Shown one piece after another: positions 43,429-47,185 of a stretch of 47,185 nt of DNA. Location: positions 1 through 47,185 of the forward strand of contig CAMEXG010000001.1 of the NCBI GenBank assembly GCA_945947045.1, given 5' to 3'. Every line of letters starts with the position of its first letter. The stretch's first letter is position 1. Origin of the DNA: an uncultured Spirochaetales bacterium (GTDB taxonomy: Bacteria > Spirochaetota > Spirochaetia > Sphaerochaetales > Sphaerochaetaceae). A program made the translations under genes and the position numbers. A model generated the notes under the pieces. That model saw only the letters and a program-made list of their open reading frames with translations, ran no database searches and was not told the origin of the DNA.

Positions 43429-44134
43429 TGAGGGAAACGATAAAGCCTCTACCTTGGATAGGAAGTCTGATGCTCTTTATTTCCTCTCTCACTCTATCTT
43501 CCACCACATCTCCCCCATTAAATAAAAACACATTCTTTGTGTCCCTCTTCATACCTTTTCTCATACCTTGTGGAGTGGAAGAGAGATAATCGAAATAGGA
43601 CTTATCCACATAAATACCTGTCCTGTCATCACCGAAGACAGTGTCTTCAACTCTTTTTCCATAGGCCCAAAGGCCTGCAATAGATACAACAGAAGTGGTA
43701 GGGGGCCATATTACAGGATCCCTCTCCGTATGTATTTTCAATGGAAGTCGCCTTGAACCGTCTGATTCAACGATTATCACGTCATATCTCTCATACAATA
43801 AAGAGACTATAGATTCCGGAGGCGCTACAGTCTTACCCAGCCTATCATTGTATTCTCCATAGAAGACGCTCTCACCTTTTCCCGGCCAATATGAAAGAAT
43901 GTCTGGAGAGAGAAAGACATGATCCGCTTTATAATCAAAGGAATAGGGAGAAGCCAGCTTTGTACTTGTAGTCATAAGCACGGAATATCCTCTGTTCTTT
44001 AAAAACGAGGAGAAAGAAACAAGAAATGTAGTCTTTCCTCCTCCGCCTGTTACACTGATAAATCCTCTGCCATTGTCAATAAGAATCTTTTCCAGTGTCT
44101 CCCATAGTTTTTCAGCCATACCCGATATTATCAT
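43400..44134 (-). CDS. yqeC: YqeC-family putative selenium-dependent hydroxylase accessory protein (P-loop)
   Basis: 244 aa. ISVTGGGGKTTF P-loop and a VESDGS motif characteristic of the YqeC family. Confidence 0.7.
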   Translation of the reverse strand: MIISGMAEKLWETLEKILIDNGRGFISVTGGGGKTTFLVSFSSFLKNRGYSVLMTTSTKLASPYSFDYKADHVFLSPDILSYWPGKGESVFYGEYNDRLGKTVAPPESIVSLLYERYDVIIVESDGSRRLPLKIHTERDPVIWPPTTSVVSIAGLWAYGKRVEDTVFGDDRTGIYVDKSYFDYLSSTPQGMRKGMKRDTKNVFLFNGGDVVEDRVREEIKSIRLPIQGRGFIVSLNEDKIYESL

Positions 44135-44143
44135 CCAAAGCTC

Positions 44144-45817
44144 TTAACACTCAACCTTTTCATCCATAGAGACAAAGAGCGTAGAGAGTCTTTCCTCTTC
44201 CATTTCCTTCTTTCTTCTCTTCTCTGAAATCATTTGATGAATGTGGTAAATAACGATTACCAAAACTGAAGAAACAGAGAGGACTACATACAGTTTTCCA
44301 AAGAGATCCGGATGACGGGTATAGAAAGTCAGGGTCTTATCCTTATATATCGGAACCTCATATACTCCCCAAGCCTGGGTAAATGTATCGAGTACACCAT
44401 GAGTGGAGCCATCAGGAAGGACGAGACAAGTGATTCCGCTGTTTGTACTACGAAGTAGAGGCACCCTATTCTCAACCGCCCTGAACACAGCCAGTTGATA
44501 GTGCTGCAACTCTGCCTGTACCGACATGGACCAGAAATCGTTGGAAAGATTCAGAAGCATTTCCGCCCCTTTAGATACAAACTCTGCATTTAAATATCCG
44601 AAAGTATCTTCAAAACAGATTGGGGTGGAGAACTTGACTCCATCATACTCAAAGATTGTAGCATCCTCCCCAACTTCCCACCATTTATAATCGTTGGCCA
44701 GGAGAAGATTATAAAGCCATGGCAACTCTTTCTCATAGGGAAAATACTCTGTGAAAGGAACTAAGTGTTGTTTTCTATATGTTCCTTTTATTCCCCCCTC
44801 AGAGAATAGTATTACAGTGTTATATGTCTTCCAGTTCCAATCTCCGCTCTCCAGTATGGGGGATAGTTCTTTATCTTTAATGACTCCTTCCGGATTTCCT
44901 GTAACAAGGGGGACACCAAGATTGGAGCCGAAGGAAACAAAATCGTTGCAGAGCCTGGATGTGGCGACATTATTAGGGTAAGCGCTGTGCCATGCGACAG
45001 AAGGGACGAAAGCCGTTTCAGACCAGACAACCATATCTGGATTCTCCTCCATAGCTTCCATTGTAAGCCTTTTAAGATTCTCGAAATTCTCTTTATATGT
45101 ACTGTACCCGCCCTTCCAAGTATCTGCGGAGTGTTGGATGGCTGCGATTCTCATTACCCTGTCACTCTCTTTATTCTCCCATTTTTTCTTGACAAAGACA
45201 CCTCCTATCCAAGTGGAGGAGAGAATAAGGAGAGAAATGAGAAGATCCCATCTGCTAGTCTTCCACTCTTTCTCAAAAAGGCACTCCGAGATTATTACCT
45301 GAGGAAGAACAACTATTAAATCCAGCCCCCAGATTCCAGTTACGCTCACTATCTGGATAAGAGAAGTAAACCCGTAAAGAGCCGAGGCGATGTTTCCGTA
45401 GGGATAAGCCAAAAAACCTTGCTGCGTCAGATATAGATATGCTGAATAGAACAATGTGGCCAAGAGGCTGTAATGACGCTTCACCAGCGTCTTAGACAGC
45501 TTTAAGCACATAAAAAGAAGCATATATTGTACGCACTCAAGTATAGGTGCAATGAGAATGGCAAGAGGATGAAACGTCTTAAGCCAATAGTTATAAAAAA
45601 GGTAGAAAAGAAAGCCATAGAAAGCACCATATAACCATACGGTGCTCCACTTACTCCTCCAGATTACATAGAAAACAGGAATAAGATAGAAAAAGGCAAG
45701 AACAGGGATTCCGTTCTCAATATACTTCGAGGGGAAAGAGAGAGATGCAATAAAGGCCGAGAATCCCAAAATCAAGAGATCAAGAATGAAATTGAATGCT
45801 TTCTTCAAAAAAGACAA
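44144..45817 (-). CDS. lnt: apolipoprotein N-acyltransferase
   Basis: 557 aa. About 7 N-terminal TM segments plus a CN-hydrolase domain (RIAAIQH..., WSETAF, PICFED). TTG start 8 nt after GGAGG. Confidence 0.85.
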   Translation of the reverse strand: MSFLKKAFNFILDLLILGFSAFIASLSFPSKYIENGIPVLAFFYLIPVFYVIWRSKWSTVWLYGAFYGFLFYLFYNYWLKTFHPLAILIAPILECVQYMLLFMCLKLSKTLVKRHYSLLATLFYSAYLYLTQQGFLAYPYGNIASALYGFTSLIQIVSVTGIWGLDLIVVLPQVIISECLFEKEWKTSRWDLLISLLILSSTWIGGVFVKKKWENKESDRVMRIAAIQHSADTWKGGYSTYKENFENLKRLTMEAMEENPDMVVWSETAFVPSVAWHSAYPNNVATSRLCNDFVSFGSNLGVPLVTGNPEGVIKDKELSPILESGDWNWKTYNTVILFSEGGIKGTYRKQHLVPFTEYFPYEKELPWLYNLLLANDYKWWEVGEDATIFEYDGVKFSTPICFEDTFGYLNAEFVSKGAEMLLNLSNDFWSMSVQAELQHYQLAVFRAVENRVPLLRSTNSGITCLVLPDGSTHGVLDTFTQAWGVYEVPIYKDKTLTFYTRHPDLFGKLYVVLSVSSVLVIVIYHIHQMISEKRRKKEMEEERLSTLFVSMDEKVEC

Positions 45818-45881
45818 AACTCTTACCTCCAGAATGATTCTATTACTTTTGATGCTCTTTTATATGTGGATATGGTGTTTT

Positions 45882-47108
45882 CTATTCCATGAAAAGTTGG
45901 AGATTATCTTTTATAGCTGCTGCAGAGGAGCCCAATGCACCATTGAACACATCGCTCTTTACATAAGATAGATTGTAATCGAGGATAGAGTTCCAGGAGA
46001 GGTTTCTCTTCAGGGCACTTTCAAATATTCTCTTGTTCTCTTCCCTTTCAAACAACCTGCATTCAACAACAACACAGTCAGGTTTGACAAAGTTATTTAC
46101 GTTTGCTATGGCAAGAGACAAATACTCCAATGCGTTTGTTACAATTTCCAAACACTCTTTGTCGCCTTGGTCCATACAATAGAGAATGTCGCTTATCTCC
46201 AAATCGTGAGATGAAGAAAGAGAGGAAAGAAGAGGACTTCTGTTCTCCTCCACCGCCTTTCTCGCCTCCCTTAGTATCGCGTTTTCGCTGGCATATGACT
46301 CCAGACATCCGTGGTTTCCACACTCACACTCTGGTCCCGAAGGGTTCACCACCATGTGCCCTACTTCACCTTCACCGACAATAGAACCAAAATGATTTCT
46401 AAGAGAGAACACTAAAGGGCACTTGATACCTGTACCTACATACATATAGGCTGCGTGATCCGCTCCTTTGAATACAGAGCTGTTAAACAGACTTGATCCA
46501 TATACTCTTGCACAAGTATTGTTGACTATGGTAATCAGCCCATTATAACCCGTGGCCTTTCTTACATCTTCTCTTGTATCTCTATTCTTCCACTTGAAAC
46601 GCGGGTGCACCTCCAAAACGCCCTTCTTTGAGTCTACAATGCCGGGAAGACAGAATCCCAACCCAGTTATGTCACTCCAATTCATGCCGCTCTCTTCTAA
46701 TAAAGAGAAGGCAAGATTGCAAGCCGCAGACAATGAGCCTTCATAGTCGTCATTAAAACTCTTTAAGCTTTTCTTTGAAATGATGTTTCCCTTTAAATCT
46801 ACTATTACTGCATATGAAGCATGACGTCTCATCTCCACGCCCATGAAGAGTCTAGACTTCGGATTGATGTCTACAAGCATAGTCTTTCGTCCTCTGCCAA
46901 TTGGGGAAGAAGATTCATCACTCTTTTCTACAAGTAATCCATCCTCCAACATCAAAGAAATATTTGTTGTGATAGTAGGAAAAGTAAGATCGAGACGTTT
47001 AGAAATATCTAAACGGGAAATAGGTCCGAACTTATAAATCGCTTCACGAATTAAAGCCTGGTTGGTTACTTTAATTCTCGGGAGATTGTTTCCTTTTATT
47101 TCTGACAT
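45882..47108 (-). CDS. ROK-family transcriptional repressor, paralog of 32123-33349
   Basis: 408 aa and colinear with the other ROK (NNLPR(I/V)KV..., KFGPISR, PTITT, GEGEVGHM, CECGNHGCLE). Confidence 0.85.
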   Translation of the reverse strand: MSEIKGNNLPRIKVTNQALIREAIYKFGPISRLDISKRLDLTFPTITTNISLMLEDGLLVEKSDESSSPIGRGRKTMLVDINPKSRLFMGVEMRRHASYAVIVDLKGNIISKKSLKSFNDDYEGSLSAACNLAFSLLEESGMNWSDITGLGFCLPGIVDSKKGVLEVHPRFKWKNRDTREDVRKATGYNGLITIVNNTCARVYGSSLFNSSVFKGADHAAYMYVGTGIKCPLVFSLRNHFGSIVGEGEVGHMVVNPSGPECECGNHGCLESYASENAILREARKAVEENRSPLLSSLSSSHDLEISDILYCMDQGDKECLEIVTNALEYLSLAIANVNNFVKPDCVVVECRLFEREENKRIFESALKRNLSWNSILDYNLSYVKSDVFNGALGSSAAAIKDNLQLFME

Positions 47109-47162
47109 TTCTTTGCCTCTTGTCTAATTATAGGAGAGTGGAAATAAGAAAAAAAGGGTTTT

Positions 47163-47177
47163 TTTAAATTATTTAAT
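47163..47177. promoter_or_regulatory. TTTAAATTATTTAAT 15-mer upstream of the ROK gene, identical to 16569-16583
   Basis: Exact 15-nt identity between two minus-strand promoter regions, read directly. The window ends at 47185, so the context is truncated. Confidence 0.35.
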
Positions 47178-47185
47178 AATTTCAT

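Noticed and set aside
1-47185. Search for defence systems, CRISPR arrays, tRNA/rRNA genes, IS elements, integrases and prophage genes that might mark a mobile island.
   Set aside because: No direct-repeat arrays, no cloverleaf-like G/C-rich intergenic segments, and no transposase-, integrase- or nuclease-like ORFs were seen. All intergenic gaps are at most about 315 bp and A/T-rich. The island looks metabolic rather than mobile, apart from modest GC heterogeneity.

Overview
This is a 47.2-kb, gene-dense window. Hand counts of individual 60-nt lines give roughly 40% GC in most genes and 47-57% in a few. An lnt gene implies a diderm host. Lipoprotein binding proteins, a PPi-type PFK signature and ROK-rich sugar regulation are reminiscent of spirochaetes, but taxonomy cannot be settled from this window.

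Bases 1-9000 are housekeeping: dinB, trmL, proC, serS, pncB on the plus strand and a proA-proB-GT2-like operon on the minus strand.

From about 9 kb to the right edge, almost everything is on the minus strand and reads as an accessory carbohydrate/sulfur island. Its contents are:
- a stand-alone TauE/SafE anion exporter
- three ROK regulators, two of them 408-aa paralogs
- three Cys-type sulfatases, a GH3 glycosidase and an esterase, none with a signal peptide
- an Opp/Dpp-type ABC importer with a lipoprotein binding protein
- a PGI-like gene
- a separately promoted, translationally coupled operon of class II aldolase, PFK-family kinase, TIM-like isomerase and LarA-like (nickel-pincer, DUF2088) enzyme
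- a two-component system
- a NitT/TauT-type ABC importer
- a PHP/DUF3604-like metallohydrolase coupled to nagA-nagB
- yqeB-yqeC (selenium-dependent molybdenum hydroxylase accessory genes) with no hydroxylase in view
- lnt

I found no rRNA, tRNA, CRISPR, transposase, integrase or recognisable defence genes.

The best candidate for something undescribed is the glycolysis look-alike set (PGI-like, PFK-like, aldolase, TIM-like) plus the LarA-family enzyme, embedded in a locus of cytoplasmic sulfatases. Catalytic residues are retained, but the phosphate-gripping loops of the PGI-like and TIM-like proteins are visibly remodelled. That fits EMP-type chemistry on a non-canonical, possibly sulfate-esterified, hexose. 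This is a hypothesis, not a demonstrated function.

A recurring A/T-rich dyad built on the ATTAAA/TTTAAT half-site sits at or just downstream of predicted -10 boxes of at least three operons. It is a candidate ROK operator set.
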